Assembly (NCBI GenBank): GCA_001724265.1
Contig: MEDY01000187.1
Location: 1 to 64,000, forward strand
From: Rhizaria sp. SCN 62-66
Taxonomy: Eukaryota
Direction: 5' to 3'
DNA: 64,000 nucleotides
The position numbers were made by a program, and so were the translations under genes. This document shows positions 23,854-38,644 of the stretch, one piece after another (the first letter of the stretch is position 1; each line of letters opens with the position of its first letter). Under the pieces are notes generated by a model that did no database searches, was not told where the DNA came from, and worked only from the letters and a program-made list of their open reading frames with translations.

Positions 23854-26800
23854 TTAGATGAAGATACTGGACGTGGTTTGCATGTCTTCGCAGGCCTTGG
23901 TCAGCACGTCGCGCGTCACCGCGGCCAGCTCGGCGCGTAGCACGAGCTCCCGCGCGATGACGCGGATCGACTGCGCCAGCGACTGCGCGAACGCGAACTC
24001 GCCGCCGTTGTCCCCACGAGCGCCCGCGCTGAAGCCAGAGCCCGCGCTGGCGTTGCTGTTGATGGGCACGGCGGCGCAGACGGCCAGCGCGGGCTCAATG
24101 TCGCGCTGCAGCAGGCGGCCTAGCTTGCCCGCGAACGTGTGCGCGTCCTTGGCCAGCGCGTCCAGCGCACGTGCACACGCGCGCAGCGTGTCAACGCCGA
24201 GCCCGTAGTGCGCCGACGCGGCGTGGATTAGGCCAACGCTGCCCGCGCCAGCGGCAGCGGTGCCCGAGGCAGCGGCGGCAGCGGCGGCCGCGGCGGCGAC
24301 AGCGGCGGCGCCGCCGCGGGACTGGATGTCCGAAGCTTCGATACTCGCGAGGTACACGTGGGCGGGCAGAAGCGTGAGGCCAGCGAGCGAGTGCGTCAGG
24401 CTGCGTGTGCTCGCGCCACCCTGCTGCTGCTGCAGCTGTTGCTGCTGCGAGGCGCCCCCGCGCGCGGCCGCGGCGGCCTGCTTCTGGTGCTGCTTCTGCG
24501 ACTGGAAGGCGGCCGTGATGGCGATGATCGTGTCCTGCAGGTACACGATGAACATGCGTGCGGAGACCGGAATCGCGCCCACGCCGGCGACGACGGCGTC
24601 CTCAGAGTCGTTACTGACGGCGCCGGTGAGGCTGGCGAGCCCGGCATAGGTGTTGTAGTCGCCGCTACCGACGCCGCCGATGCTGCTGCTGGCCGCCGCG
24701 GCCGTGGTGGCGGCGGCGGAGCGCGTGAGCGTGCGCAGCAACACGGTCGAGTGCGCCCAGAGCACGTACAGCCCCGTTTCGAGCAGCGAGCGCAGGGAGC
24801 CGTTCATCGACAGCACGGCCGCCAGGTCGCCGCTCAGCACAAGCGCGGCGCCGGCGCCGGCGCCCGCGGCTACAGAGGCCGCGGCGGAGCCGGAGCTGGC
24901 GCTGCTGTTAGCGAGCGCGGGTACGGGGGGGCGCGAGAGGGCGAAGAGCGGACGGTGAACCGAGTCGAAGCCGGTCACGGCAGCGGCGCTCACCGCGGGC
25001 TTGGCGCCCGCCGCGGGGGCCGCTGAGCCGGGCGAGAGACGCGCGGCGGCGAGGTGCAGGTCGCAGAGGGCGGAGCACACGAACTTGATGCTCTCGACCA
25101 CGGCCGACAGCGCGGGCGCGCGGCGGCCACCGGAGGCCAGCGCGCGCGCACTGCTGTTGCTACCAGCGCCGCTGCCAGTAGCGTTGGAGCCAGCGATCGT
25201 GAGAGGGTAGTTAGTGCGGCCCGAGGGGAGCTCGCCGGGGGGCATCGTGGACGCCGAGTACATGACGACCGCGCCGCTGTTGCTGCCACCGCTGCCCGAT
25301 TTAGCGCCGCCGCTGCCGCCGCTGAGGACGAGCGAGGCGGGCGCTGCCATCTCAGCGATGGCAGCGTTCTCGGCCGCGACGACGCCGCCCTGCTCGGCGT
25401 GCAGCTCCGACACCGCCACGAGCGGGTTAAAGCGCAGACTAAAGGGCAGCGGCGCGACGCCAAACGCGGAGACGGACGACGTGGGCGCGGCGCTGGCGGC
25501 GGCCGCGGCATTGGCGGCGACGGCGATGCTGGCCGAGGAGAGCGCAGTGGCGGCGGACTGCGCGGCGAGGGCGCGGCGCGTGGTGAGCGCGATGTGCGTC
25601 GTGCAGGCTGCCAGGAGCTCCCACAGTGCGCGCTGCACAGTGCCCATGAACCTACATCGGAGAACAAAGTCGACAAATAGAGACACATATGTGAGGATGA
25701 AGCAAGATAATGCGGACATTAGAAAAAAATTATGAAATCGAAGTTCAATGAAATACACACATTTGAGATACAAAAGATAGTTTGCGGAATGAACGACGTA
25801 CCTAGCTCCAGTCGAGCTGTTTGCGTTAGCGCTGCTGTTGTTGAGCGCGGCGAGCGTGGGGGCGAAGCGCAGGAGCGCGTTGGCGACGGGCCGCTGCGCG
25901 AGCGCGGACCAGGCCAAGCCCAGCCCGGCGATACCTGCGCCAGACCCTCCCGTCGCGGCGGCGGCAGCAGCGGCGGCGGCGGCGGCGGCCGCGGAGGCGG
26001 CGGAGGACGGCGACGAGAGCAGCGAGCCCAGCCCCGCGAGGCCGGGGCGCGAGGAGGGCAGCCCGCCCGCGGAGCCGTCGGCGCCCGCCGCGCTGCCGGC
26101 CGCGGTCGAGCGGGTCTTGGGCGCGAACATGGAGCTGCGCGCCTCGGCGACGAGCCCGCGCGTGGCGAGCCCACCGGCGCCTGCGGTGACGCTCGCAGTG
26201 GCCGCGGCCGAGGGGCCCGAGGAGGCCGACACGACGGGGGACCCGGGGGGCGCACCCGAGAAGGCGGACAACCCGCCGGCAGCGATCGAGCCGCGGCGCT
26301 TGGGCGTCGCGGGGCCCGCGTTGGCAGCCGAGTTGGCGGCGGCGCTCTTGGCGGCGGCGCGCGAGATCGCGTTGAAGCTGGTGCCGCTGCTGCCCGCGGA
26401 GTTGTAGTTGTTGTACGCGACGCTGTTGGCGTTGCTGCTGTTGACGGCGAGCGCGCGCTCGTGCTGCGTCACCGCAATGCAGCGCGCCTTAAGCGCCGTC
26501 TCGTCGCCCAGCAGCACGGTGACGACCTCGACGAGCGAGGCGAGGCGCGCGGAGACGACGGCCGCGAGCGGCGCGGCGGCCGAGGCGCGCCAGCGCGGCT
26601 GCGTGGCGTCGAGCGTGTGCAGCAGGCGCGCCGCCGCGGTTGTCTCGGCCACAGACTGCAGGCTCACCAGCGCAAGCGAGCAGGGCCGCAGGGTCAGCGT
26701 CAGCCGCGCGCGGTGCGCGTGGACAAAGCCGCCGACCGCGGTGGGTACCAGCGACCGCGCCAGCGCCTGCGCGCGGGCGTCGCCGCTCGCGCTTGCGCTT

Positions 26801-29800
26801 GCGCCGCTGCTGGCAGCGCTGTTACCGCTGCTGCTGTACGAGTGGAGCAGCGAGGTGAGCAGGCCGAGCGTGGCGAGCCAGGCGCTGTGCCACGGGTTGG
26901 TGTGACCGGCCGCGGTGTAGGCGAAATGCGGCGCCAGCAGCGGGACCATACCCGCAGTGTTCGCCTTTGCTGCGGCACCAGCCAGGCCAGCGTTGCTCGC
27001 CCTGGCGCTGCTGCTGTTGCCGTTGGTGTGGTTGTTCGCAATGAGCGAGTGGAGACGAGATTTGGGGTTGTTGATGAGCGCCGACAGAACGCGGTTGCTG
27101 TGCGTCGCAAACGCGCCCGCGCTAGCCGCCGCGCCGACCGCAGCGGCGCCGGCGCCCGCGGTGGCCGCAGCGGTGGCCGCCGCGGTAGCAGCATGCTTGC
27201 CTGATGCTGTGTCGGCAAAGGCGAGCAGCGCCGACAGCTGCGCGCTGAAGGGCAGCTCGGCCGCAGTGGTGGGGATCTGGATCGAGCGCAGCTCAGTGGC
27301 GATATTGACCCCCGCACGGACACTACCGGCGCCGGCTGCCGCGGCGGGCTTGGCGGAGGACGCAGCGGCGCCCGTGGCCGTCGAGGAGGCCGAGGACGGG
27401 AGCGAGGCGATGGAGGGCGCGACGACCCAGCGCAGCACGGGGTCGTTGCTCACGGCCGCCGCGGACAGCATCGGCATCGCATACGCCGCTGAGGAGACTG
27501 ACAGCGACATGACGCCGCCGGCACCGACGCCGACGCCAGCGCCGACGCTCTTGGCGACCGCGCCGAAGACGCTGCTGCCGCCGGCGGCCGCGCTGACGCC
27601 CACGGCGGACTCGGCCCCGGCAGCGCCGGCGTTGACGGGCGTGGTGCGCAGCGGGGCCGCGGCACAGACGGCGGAGGCGGCCAGGAACGCGGGCAGCTTG
27701 GTGAGGCGCGTGACGACGGCCACCAGCGCGGGCTCCGACAGCGCCGGGCGCGACAGCGGGCGCACCGCGGTGGCGAACGCGGGAGCGAGCGCGCACAGCG
27801 CGCTGAGGCTCGCGCTGCTGGTGCTGTTGGCGCAGCCGCTGCTGGCGGCGGGCGCGAGCGTGAGCAGCGCGACGAGGTCGAGGATGGCGGTGACGCGGTG
27901 GCCCTGCGCGGGCGACGCGCCCATGGCGAGCGTGAGCAGCAGCGGCGTGAACACGGCCACCTCGCCCAGCGCCGCCGTCGCCAGGCGGCGGATGCGCGTG
28001 AGCGCCAGGATGTCCGTGTGCAGCGCGGAGACCACGCCGGAGACCGCGGATGACACGCTGCCGCTGCTCGCGCTGCCGCTGGAGCTGGCAGTGGAGGCGG
28101 ACAGCGCGGCGGCGGCCGCGTTGCTGAGCAGCGTCGAGTAGAGCGCGTGCGCGGAAGTGAGGCCGCGCAGCAGCAGCGGGAGCATCTGCAGCGCGAGGTC
28201 ACACAGCCCCGGGACGGCGATGAGCGTGGTAACGAACGGCACCAGCGACGCGCAAACCGTCACGAAGCTCGACCCGCGCAGCAGCGAGACGAGCCCGAGG
28301 CCCTGCACGGCGCCCGTGACGCTCACCGTGGCCGCAGCACCGGAGCTGGAACGCGCGAGCGCGGCGGCGGCGGCGCGGTCGTGCAGCTCCACCATGGCGC
28401 GCACCAGCGGCAGGAGCGCGTTGACCAGCGCCGACACGACGGGCAGCAGCGCGGCGGGCACGGCGGGGCCGCGCGCGGCGGTCGCGGCCGCAGACAGCGG
28501 CACACCGTCGGGTGACGCGACCGTGCTCGTGGCGGCGGCCGCGACGCGGGCGGCGGCGGCGGCGCGCGCGGCAGTAAGCGCGGCCAGGGCCGCGGCGCGG
28601 GGGTTCGACGCCGCGGTCGTGACCGTGCTCACGGTCTTGACAGCGTCAGAGACCGTCAGCGCGGTGCTCATCTTAGCACCGCCAGCGTTCGCACTGTTGC
28701 TGCTGTTAGAGGACGCAGCGAGCATGTCGCAGGCGTTGGTGTCGTGGCGCGCGGTGGCGGCCTGCGTCTCGCGCGCGAGCGTGACGAGCGCGGCGAACGG
28801 CGCGGTCGCCAGCGCCGCCGCGGCGGCGCCGGCGTCGGACGAGAACAGCGCGGAGAAGCGCGAGTGGGCGGTGTACCGGGCGTCGCTGCCGTCGTCGGCA
28901 CTGCCGCCAGCCGCGCAGCTGTCGCTGTCTGCGTTGGTGGCGTCGGTGTCGAAGCAGTAGCCCTCGTCGATGTCGTCGTCGTCCAGCGCAGCAGCGCTGT
29001 TGCCGTGACCACTACCGCTGCTGTTGCGGTGCGAGTGCGTGCTGGTCATCGTAGTGAGCGAGCCGAGGTCGAGACTGCCGATGTCGCTGCGGGCGAGCGC
29101 GACGAGCGTGGGCGCGCAGGGGTGGCCCGACGACGGCAACGCGACCGACTGCAGCACGGCGACCGAGACGGAGGTCAGGCCGTGCACGAGCGACGCCAGC
29201 TCGGCCATCACGGCGCTCGTCGCGGACGCGGACCGCGGCAGGTAGCCCTGGCTGCCGTCGGCGCCAGCGGCAGAGGCGCCGCGGTTGGGGCTGCTCGCGC
29301 TGCCCGAGGTGGCGGCGGCGGCGGCCGTGGCAGTGGCGTTCATGTCCGAGAGCAGCGACTGGAAGAAGACGGACCAGCGCGGCGACATGAGCAGCGCCGT
29401 CAGCGGCGCCGCGTCCTCCGCGTTACCGCCCAGGAGGCTCGCGACGAGCGCCGCGGCCTGCGGTTGCGTCGCGGGGACCAGCGCAGGCGACAGCAGCGCG
29501 GCCGGCGCGGCGGGCTCGGCCGCGGGCGCGGGGGCCGGCGCAGCGGCGGCGGCGGCGGCCGGGTCTGAGGGCGCGAGCAGGAAGGAGCTGTGCACGAGCA
29601 GCAGCGAGGACATGTCCTGCAGCATCGCGGTGCCGAAGGGGCCGGTGCCCGCAAAGGGCGCCTGCGCCTGCGCCATGGCCTTGATCAGCCGGCGCACGTA
29701 GACGATCGGCATCGGGCTCACGCTATTGGTGCTGACGCCTGCGCTGCTGGCGATGATGCTGTTGAGCGTCATCGTCGCGCTTGGCGCCAGCGAAGGCAGC

Positions 29801-32800
29801 GGCAGACTACTCGAGCTGGAGCTGGAGCCGCGGCCGGAGACGGGGGACGCGGGCGCGGCGGAGATACCGAGCGGGGGCGGCGGGAGCGCGCCGAGGCCAA
29901 TAAGCCCGGGCTGCTTCGCCAGCAGCACCTGCACCATCGAGCCCCACTGGCTGACGAACGTCACGCGGGCGTCGTTGGCGCGCGCGACGCGCGAAGAGCG
30001 CAACACGAGCGAGAGCAGACGAAGCGACTGCGCGGCGCGCGCGGCGACGCGGACGAGCACGGCGGGGTGCGAGGCCCGGACGCCGAGCGCGGCGAGATGA
30101 AACAGCACGAAGAGCGCGTCGGTGCCGGCAACAGCGTAGAGCTCCGCCAGGTGCGACGCCGCCAGGAAGCGCGGCGCAGCCTGCACGCGCGCGGCCGCCG
30201 CGGGCGTCCAGAGCGGGCAGTGCGGCGACAGCAGCGCGCGGCGCAGCGCGTGGCACGTCGTCAGCCGCGTCTGCGCCTGCGTGGCCGCGGACACGGGCAC
30301 AACGCCACCTCTGCTCTTGCCACCGTCGTCGTCCATCGCGGAGCCGGCGCTGCTGGCACTGCTGCCGCTGGCGCTGCTGCTCGAGGTCGAGGTGAAGGGG
30401 TTGACGACGGCGGTGGAGCGCGAGCTGCCCACGGCCAGCATCGCGGCCTGCCAGCGCGACATCCACAGCGACACGCTGGGCACCGCGGCGCCGCTGCTGT
30501 CCCTCGCCACGGAGGCGTCCTTGCTCTCGTCCTCGAAGCTGTCAGACATCGCGCCGATGCCGCTGGCCTTGCTGGCGGCGCTGTCACTGTCGCCGCCGCT
30601 GTTGTACGTGTTGTCGTAGTCGGTCGCGATGAACGCGGACAACGCGTCGACGCCAGACATGCCGCCCAGGTACTGCATCGGGGCCGCAGTCGCAGACGCC
30701 GCGGCAGCGCTGGCGGCGGCGGAGGCGGCGACGGTGAAGTACATGGCCATCTCGCTGGCCCAGAACACCTCGTCGTGTACGAGCCCGTCAGGGCCCAGGC
30801 CGGCACAGGCTGCGGCGGCATTAGCAGCGTCGGCGTGAGCGGCGCCGTCGTCCTCGTCGTCGTTGCCGTCAGCGTTGTTGGCATGCGCACCGCTGCGGGC
30901 AGCGAAGAGGGCCTCGCCGTCGTCGTCGCCGGCTGCGTGGCCGCCACGCGCGCTGCCACCGCCGATGCCGGCGAAGGCAAAGGACGAGCTTGCGCCAACG
31001 TCGCCGCCCTCGGCCGCGGCCGCCGCAGCAGCCGTGGCCGCCGCGGCGCGCGCCTGCGCCTCGGCGGCGACGAGAACGGCGCGCTGCGGGGCCGCCGGGT
31101 ACGCGCTGCGCCAGACAGACACCACGCCGCTGGCGTTGACCGGCGCAGAGGCAGAGGCCGTAGCGGTGGCGGCGGCGGTGGCGACGGGGCACGAGGCGAG
31201 CACGTTGGCGGCCTCGGCCGCGGCGTCGTCGACGTCGAGGGCCGTGAAGGCCCAGCCCTGGCGCAGCCAGAGACCGGCCTCGAGCTCAGCCTCAGCCTCG
31301 GCCTCGACCTCACCGGAGTCGGCGCCGCCCGCGGCCGCAGGCGCGAGCGTGCTCGTGGTGGAGAGCGCGGACGAGGCGCGCGTGAAGGCGAAGCGGCCGG
31401 CGCCGGGCCACTCCTCGTTCGCGGCGGCGGCGAGCGCGGCCGCGGCGGAGCCGTTGCCGTTGGGGGTGATGGGAGCGCCGTCAACAGCGAAGGACGGTGG
31501 GTAGGCGAAGGAAAAGTCCACGTTGCTGCCTGCAATGCCGCTACTGCCTGCGCTGGCGCTGCTGCCACCGAGGAGCGACTCGTCGATGTCGCTGCCCTCC
31601 TGCTGCTGCTCCAGCTTCTGCTGCTGACTCAGCAGCAGCGCGAGGACGAGCGCGTCGAGCACGGCCGTGCGGTGGCTGTTAAGCCCCTTGGCCAGCGCCA
31701 CCACGTCGCGGTCCAGCGCGCGCCGCAGGGCCCTGACGTTGACTAAGGGTGAGGCGCGCGCGTCCCAGGACCAGAGCGAGGGCGCGGCGGGCAGCGCGGC
31801 GGCGGGCGCGTAGCGCGACAGCGACACGCCGAGCTCGCGCGCGCATTGGACGAGCGCGGCGTCGCCGGCGTGCGCGGTGACGTTGGTCGCGGCGTTAGGC
31901 GGCAGCAGCGTGAGGTGCGTGAGCCACGAGTGGTGCAGGCCCGTGCGTACGAGCTCGCCCAGCGCGGACCGCAGCTCCGACGGCAGCAGCGAGCGCGAGC
32001 CCGCGGCGGCGGACGCGGCGGCGGCGGCGGCCACGTGCGACGCCGGCTGCGCGCGCGCGCGGGCGGCCTCGGCGACGACGATGCGCATGGCGGCCGTGGC
32101 GCAGTGCGTGTTGAGCGTGTACAGGTCGCAGCCGCGGTCCCAGCTCGTCGCCAGCTCCAGCGACGGCGCGGTCGCCAGCGAGTGCGCGGGTGCCGTCGTG
32201 GGCAGGTGCGTGACGGCGTGCGCGAGCGCGGGCACCGACGGCGGGCGCAGCGCGTACGGGTCGGCGTCGGCCAGCGTGTGCGTCGGGTGCATGTACGAGA
32301 CGGTGAAGGACCAGAACGACGGCTCTGCGGCCAGCGCCGTGCGCGCCGTGGCCAGCGCGCGTGTGCTGGCGATGACACCGACCAGGGTCAGCGCCTGCAG
32401 TGCCAGCGCGCGGCGCGACGCGAGCGCAATGGGCTCGGCGCCCAGGTACAGCGTCGGCACGGTCGCGGAGTCGGACGCGAGGCGCTCGCGCGCGCCGTCG
32501 GCAATGATGCCGACGATCGCGGGAACGATGTTGGCGTTGTTCGCCGCGGAGGCATGGTTGTTGTTGTTGCTGCCGGCGGCGGCGGGCGGGATGCGGAGCA
32601 GCGCGCCGAGCAGGGGCGGGCATGCGTGCGCGGCGGCGAGTAGCAGCTCCAGCGCCGACTGGCGCAGGTGCACGTGCGCGCGCGCGGACGCCACCACGGG
32701 CGCCAGCGAGGTGCGCAGCGCGGCGCTCATGGCTGACATCGTCAGCAGTGCGAACGTGTTCACGCGCGCGCTGGCGCCAGCGTCAGCGCTGTTGAGCGCA

Positions 32801-35800
32801 GCGGCGGCGGAGGCGGCGGTGGGCGCGGTGGGTAGTGGGCCCGAGCGGAGCAGCAGCGCGAGCGAGCGGTAGACGAGCGCCTTGAGCTCGGTGGTGATGC
32901 TGCCGGCGAGCACGGTCACGAGTAGCGAGACCAGGCCGACGGGCGCGTGGGGGCCCGCCAGAGCGCCCGCGCCCGCCGAGGTGAGAGCGCTGGGCGCAGC
33001 CGAGGCGCCCGCGGGGACGGTGACCGCGAGCAGAGCCGACAGCACCGACGGGGTCGCGCTGGCCGACGACAGCAGCGGCGGCAACGAGGCCACCGTGACC
33101 GTATTCCCCGCGCTACTGTTGCTGCTGCCGCTGCTGCTGCTGGCCGGGATGGTGAAGGTGAGTGGGGCCGGGGGCGCGGGCGCGAAGGGAGACTCCTTGC
33201 TCATGGCCACGTACACATTGCCAGCCGCCACAGTTGCCGCGGACGCAGCCGCAGCAGCCGTCGCCGAGGCAGTGCTACTGTTCGCAGCAGCACTGTTGGG
33301 CGCGACGACGGCCGATGCGTTCTGCAGCGAGACGACCGCGTGCAGCAGCGTGAGCGCCTGCGACGCAGCGGCAGAGCACGCGGAGGCGATGGCGCGGTCG
33401 CCGGCGCGGACGGAGGCCGAGGACGCCGCGGCGGCAGCGGCAGCGGCGGCGGCAGCAGCGGCGGCGGCAGCCGCACCGCTGGCGGAGGTGCCCGCGGCCG
33501 AGGCGGCGGCGGCGGCAGCGGCGGCGGCGGCAGAAGGAGTCAGCAAAGGCTGCGGCAGCGAAGCGAGCGCGCGCAGCAGGACCGTGAAGAAAGCCGTCTG
33601 CGCGGCGCCGGGCTCGCACAGCAGGCTGAAAAGCAGCTGGCGCGGGTCCGCCGCGGCGGCGGCGCTGTCGGCCGTGGCGCTCGTGGCCGCGGCCGCGGTG
33701 TTGAGTGCCGTGGCGGCGTCCTCAGACATGGGCAGAGAGAGCACGGTGTTGAACACGGCGAGGAGCTCGCTCACGGTGTGCCAGTACTGCACCTGGCTCT
33801 CATAGTCGCCCGCGGTCGTGGAGGCGGCGCCGCTGTTGGCGGCAGAGCCCGCGATGGTGTCGCGCGCGAGCGAGACGAGGACCGTGCGTGCGAGCAGCAG
33901 AGTCAGGCCGCACGCCTCGGTCAGGCTGACGTGCGCGGCGATGCTGCGGGGCACGCGCACAGTGCTCTTAGCGCCGATCGAAGCAGTACCACTGCGAGCT
34001 GTACTACCGCTGCCAACGGTGCTGCTGTTGGGGGTGGCAACAGTGAGAGGGTAGAACTGGCCGTTGCTAGACGTGCTGCTGATGTCGACCATGGCGCCCG
34101 CGCTCGAGTCGCTCCACCGCAACTGCGGCTGCTGCAGCTGCTGCTGCTGCTGCTGCTGCTCGGCACTGCCGGCGTTTTGCGCCGCGCCGAGCGCGTGCGT
34201 GGCGGCGGTGACGAGCGGGTCGTAGCTGGGCTCGAGCAGCGCCGTGCGCGCGCGGCGACAGTCCTCGAGCAGCGTCGCGGCCGTCGCCACGGCCATGCGC
34301 GTGACGTCGAACGCGCACAGCGGCGCCTCGACCGCGCTGCACAGCGCCGCCACGGCGTCCGTGAAAGACAGCACCGCGGCCGACGCGGCGCCGCCGTTGC
34401 CGACGCCGCTGCCCGTGGAGCCCGCGCCCAGCGCGCCGCGCGCGGTGCCGGCGGCGCTGGTCAGCAGGCCGCTGATGCCGCCATAGCCGACAGCGCTCGC
34501 GGTGAAGTGAGTTGTCGCGTTGCTATTGCTGCTGCTGTTCTTGCCACGGAGACCGATGCCAGCGCCGACGCCGACGTTGTTGCCGCCGTTGTTGACGGAA
34601 GCGAAGGCGGAGGAGGGCGCGGGGGCGGCGACGCGCGCAGCCATGGGCATGACTGCGACGAGCGCGCGCACGAACGCGGGCGCGTCGGCCGTCGCCGCGG
34701 CGGAGAGAATGGCCAGCGCGCTGTGCGCGGCGCGGTAGACGAGCGCGGGGCCGCACTCCAGGCCGGGCACCGCGGTGACGACGGGGAGCGACACAGCAGC
34801 GGCGCCGACGACGGAGGCGGCCGCGGCGGTGGCGGAGGCAGCAGCGGCCGCGGACGCAACGGCGGGGACTTCGCTGGCGCTGTAGCCGTTGCCGTAGTTG
34901 CCGTAACCGTTGAACTGAGAAGCAGAGAGCGCAGCAGCGGGGATCATAACGCCACGCGCGGTGGCCGCGGCCACAGCGGCAGCGCCGCCGGAGCCAGCGG
35001 TGGCGAGAGATGACACGTACGCGGCGCGTGCGGCGGCGGCGGTGGCGCCCGCAGCGAGACTGCCGCTGGCACTGGCTGTGTAGAGGCTGCTGTAGTCGGA
35101 AGCGCCGCCGTCGCTCATCGCGTCGCCGGCACCGGCGGCGTCGCTGCTGGCCGAGGCGGCCGCGGCGGCGGAGGCCGAGGCGGAGGCAGCGACGAGACGC
35201 AGCAGGCGCGCGGTGATGGAAGTGACCGTGAGCGCGCTCTTGGTGTTCTCGTCGAAAAGATAGGCCGCAGTGAGCGCGTCGCGGGTGCCGTGAGTGTACG
35301 TGGCCGAGACGGACTTGACGTGCGTGTCGATGCGGGCCAGCAGCTCGGGCTCGGCAGTCGTGACGCGCGCCAGCAGGTGCGCGAACGCGGTCAGAAAGGT
35401 CAGGTCCACGGCGGGGATCGAACTCACGTCGACGCCCAGGCGCGTAGACAGCAGGATGTGGTGCGCCCACGACAGGAACAGCGGCCACGCGGACCAGGAC
35501 AGCGACCACTGCACCAGACGCACCTTGCCGTCTGGACTGGCGCTGCTGTTGGCCCTGTTCCCCGCGTTGTTGTGGATGTGGATGGAGCTGTAGTCGTCGC
35601 CGTCGTCGTAGTAGTGGCTCGCCTCGGGGTTGTTGTAGTCGTCCTCGCCGTTGCCGTTGTTGTAGTAGCTGTTCTGGTAGCTGCTGCTGCCGACCACGCT
35701 GCTCTCGCTCACGGTCGACTGCAGCGACAGCAGAGAGGACGGCTTGAAGCCGCCGCTCTTGCCCATCGGCGCCCCCGCCGCGCCCGGCGTCACGCCTACG

Positions 35801-38593
35801 CCCGCGGCCGCACCAGCAGCGGCGGCGGCGGCAGCGGCGGCTGACGCAGTCGCGGGGAGCAGCGTGGGATCCAGCGCCGAGCCGACCGTGCCGGCGGGGA
35901 CAAGCACGCCGCACGGCGCGCGCCAGGGCTTCGTGAGCACGGCGCGCGTCGTGTCCGCGGGGTCCACCGACAGGTGCGACAGCGGTGGCATCGGGGTCGT
36001 CAGCGACGGCACGGCCTGCAGGAACGCGCACACGCGGCGCGCACAGGCAGCGGCCACGGCCGCCGGGTTCGCGGCCGCGGCGGCGTCGTTGGACATGAGG
36101 TTCGCGTTGCAGCTGTCACCGTCGTCGCCGTCGTCGTCGCTCTCACCGTCGTCGGGACTGCCGCCGCTGCGGGCGCCACGCACGGCGTTGCTGTTGTAGC
36201 TCCAGTCGAACGCCGTCTCCAGCCCCGCGTCAGCGACCGCGGTAGACAGCAGCGCGGCGGGCACGGCGTCGCGCAGGCGGCGCTGGCCACGGTCAATGCT
36301 GCGGACGCAGTCGCCGGCCACAGCGGCGGCCGAGGCGCGCAGCAGCGTCTCGTAGTCGAGCACGGCCGAGTCCTTGGCGTCGGCGACCGAGAGCGCGCCG
36401 AGCAGTGGCGGCGCAGCGGCGCCCGTGGCCGAGGGCGCGGTGAGCGGCCCGCTGAGCGCGGTGAGCAGCTGCAGCAGGCGGGTCGCGCCCGACGGGCACG
36501 AGGGCAGGGCCGCGGTGAGCAGGGCCTCGTCCACCAGATGGAACTGCACCGAACCAGTGCCCGAGGTCGCGCTGGAGCCGACGGCGGCGGCGGCGGCGGC
36601 AGGGGCGCTGTTGGCGACGGTGAGCGGGAGCGAGGCCCAGAACTGGCGGCACAGCGTGCTGTCACCAGTCACCAGCGCGTTGAAGAGCGCGAACATGTGG
36701 TTGTAGGCCACGGTGGTGAGCGAGGACAGCGACTGCGCGCCGGCACGGAGCGCGGACGCGCACTGGGACTCGAAGAAGCCGCGGATGAGGCCCGACACGA
36801 CGGCCTTGAGCAGGGGCGCCACACGCAGGTCGCTGCCGCTGCTGTTGCCGCTGCTGATGCTGACTGCGTTGCCGTTGCCGTTCCCGGCGGCGGCGGCGAG
36901 CGCGGCGCTCGTGTGGCGCAGCGTCACGCCCACGGTCGCGGCCGCGGTGGAGAGCAGGCGCGCGAGCGAGGCGGCCGTGGTGACCGTGAGCGCAGACGAC
37001 CCAGAAGCGGGGACAGTCACCGCAAAGCTCGCACTCGCGCTCGCGCTGGCGGAACTGCTGTTGTTCGCAGTGTTGATGACGGCGGCGCCGTTGCAGAGGC
37101 GGTACTGCATGGTGAAGTTGGTCAACGTGGCGATGGCGCCGAGCTTGACGGCCGTGGTGAGCCGCTCGGCCACGACCTTCATCTCGCCGACCTTCTGCTG
37201 TGATTTGGCCGACTCGGCCGCGACGTCTGCGCGCGACTTGCCGTCCTTGACCGCGGTCACGAGGTCTTGGAGCTCGAAGAAAAGCGCGATGTACGTCGCC
37301 CACGCGAGTTGCAGAGGCCCGTGGCACGGCAGCGTCGTCCAGTCGTAGGTGAAAAAGACTTCGTCCAGGTACTGCAGCGCCGCCGGCTGGTTCAGCGGCG
37401 CGGCGGCGATGGCGGCCGCGGTCGACAGGAACAGGCGCGCGGCAGGCCCGCGGGTCGCGCCAGACAGAGAGCTAGAGCTAGAGCTTGCGCTAGAGCTGCT
37501 GCTGCTGTTGGCGGTGCGCTGTTGCTGCTGCTGCTCGCGGTCCGCGGCGTCGTAAAGCGCGTGCGCACGGGAAAGCGCCTCGATGTCGAGCAGCTCGATC
37601 AGTAGCAGCGACAGCAGCGAGGCAGTGCGCTCCGTGACCGCGACGCCGTGCGGCGACAGGAACGACGACAGCGGCTGCGACGCCGCGGACGCGAACGCGC
37701 TCGACTGGCACAGCGTCGCGAACGTGATGAACGGGCTCGCGTCCGCGCTCTTGTTCGCCGAGTTGGCGGAGATGGCGCCGACAGCGGCCGGACGCGGGAC
37801 GCCTGCGGCGGCGGCGGCGGCGCCAGAGCCGGCGGTGCTGTTGTTGTCGTAGTGGAGCCAGGCGAGCGTCTGCACGAGCGAGAGCTGCTCCTCGACGCGG
37901 GAGTCGGCGCAGAGCGTCAGGAAGTCGCTCTGGGCGTGGAAGTCGAGCTGCTGGGGGGTCGGCACCAGGGGCGCGAGCAGCGACGCGCGCAGGCTGTCGA
38001 GCAGCACGGACGGCAGGCCGCCCGCGACGAGGCTGGTGAGCAGCTTGGCAGCGGCGTCGTGGTAAAAGTGCGCGGGCGAGTGCGCTGCGCTGACGATGGC
38101 CTGCAGCAGAGAGAGCAGTGCCGCGCGCTCGGTGAAGTAGTACATGGCGATCGTGGTCTTGGTGACGAGCGTATCGCCGGCGAGCGTGGGCGCCAGCGAG
38201 AGCACGCCGCGCACGAGCGCCGTGTACGTCGTCCACTCGTCCACGTGTAACAAGGAACTCATAGTGCTCACGGTCGCCTGCCACGACGCGTGCAGCTTGC
38301 CTTTCTCCGCGGTGTACTTGTCGCTCGCGCCGCCGGCCGGGGCGGGGAACGCGCTATTGGCGCTGCCAACGCCCGCGGTAGAGCTGCTGCTGCTGGTGCT
38401 GCTGGTGTTGGCGAGGCTGGAGAGCGGCGCCAGGAACGCCGGCTGCAGACTTTCTAGCAGGGTTGCCATCGCCGCGGGCGCAAGGGTGGCACCCTCGAAC
38501 TGGCTCAGGGTCTCCGAGAACGGGGGGTACTTGGCCTTGCTGTTGCTCGAGACGGGCGGCAGAGCGGCGCCGGCGCCGGCACCGCCGCTGCTG

Positions 38594-38644
<51 letters not shown>

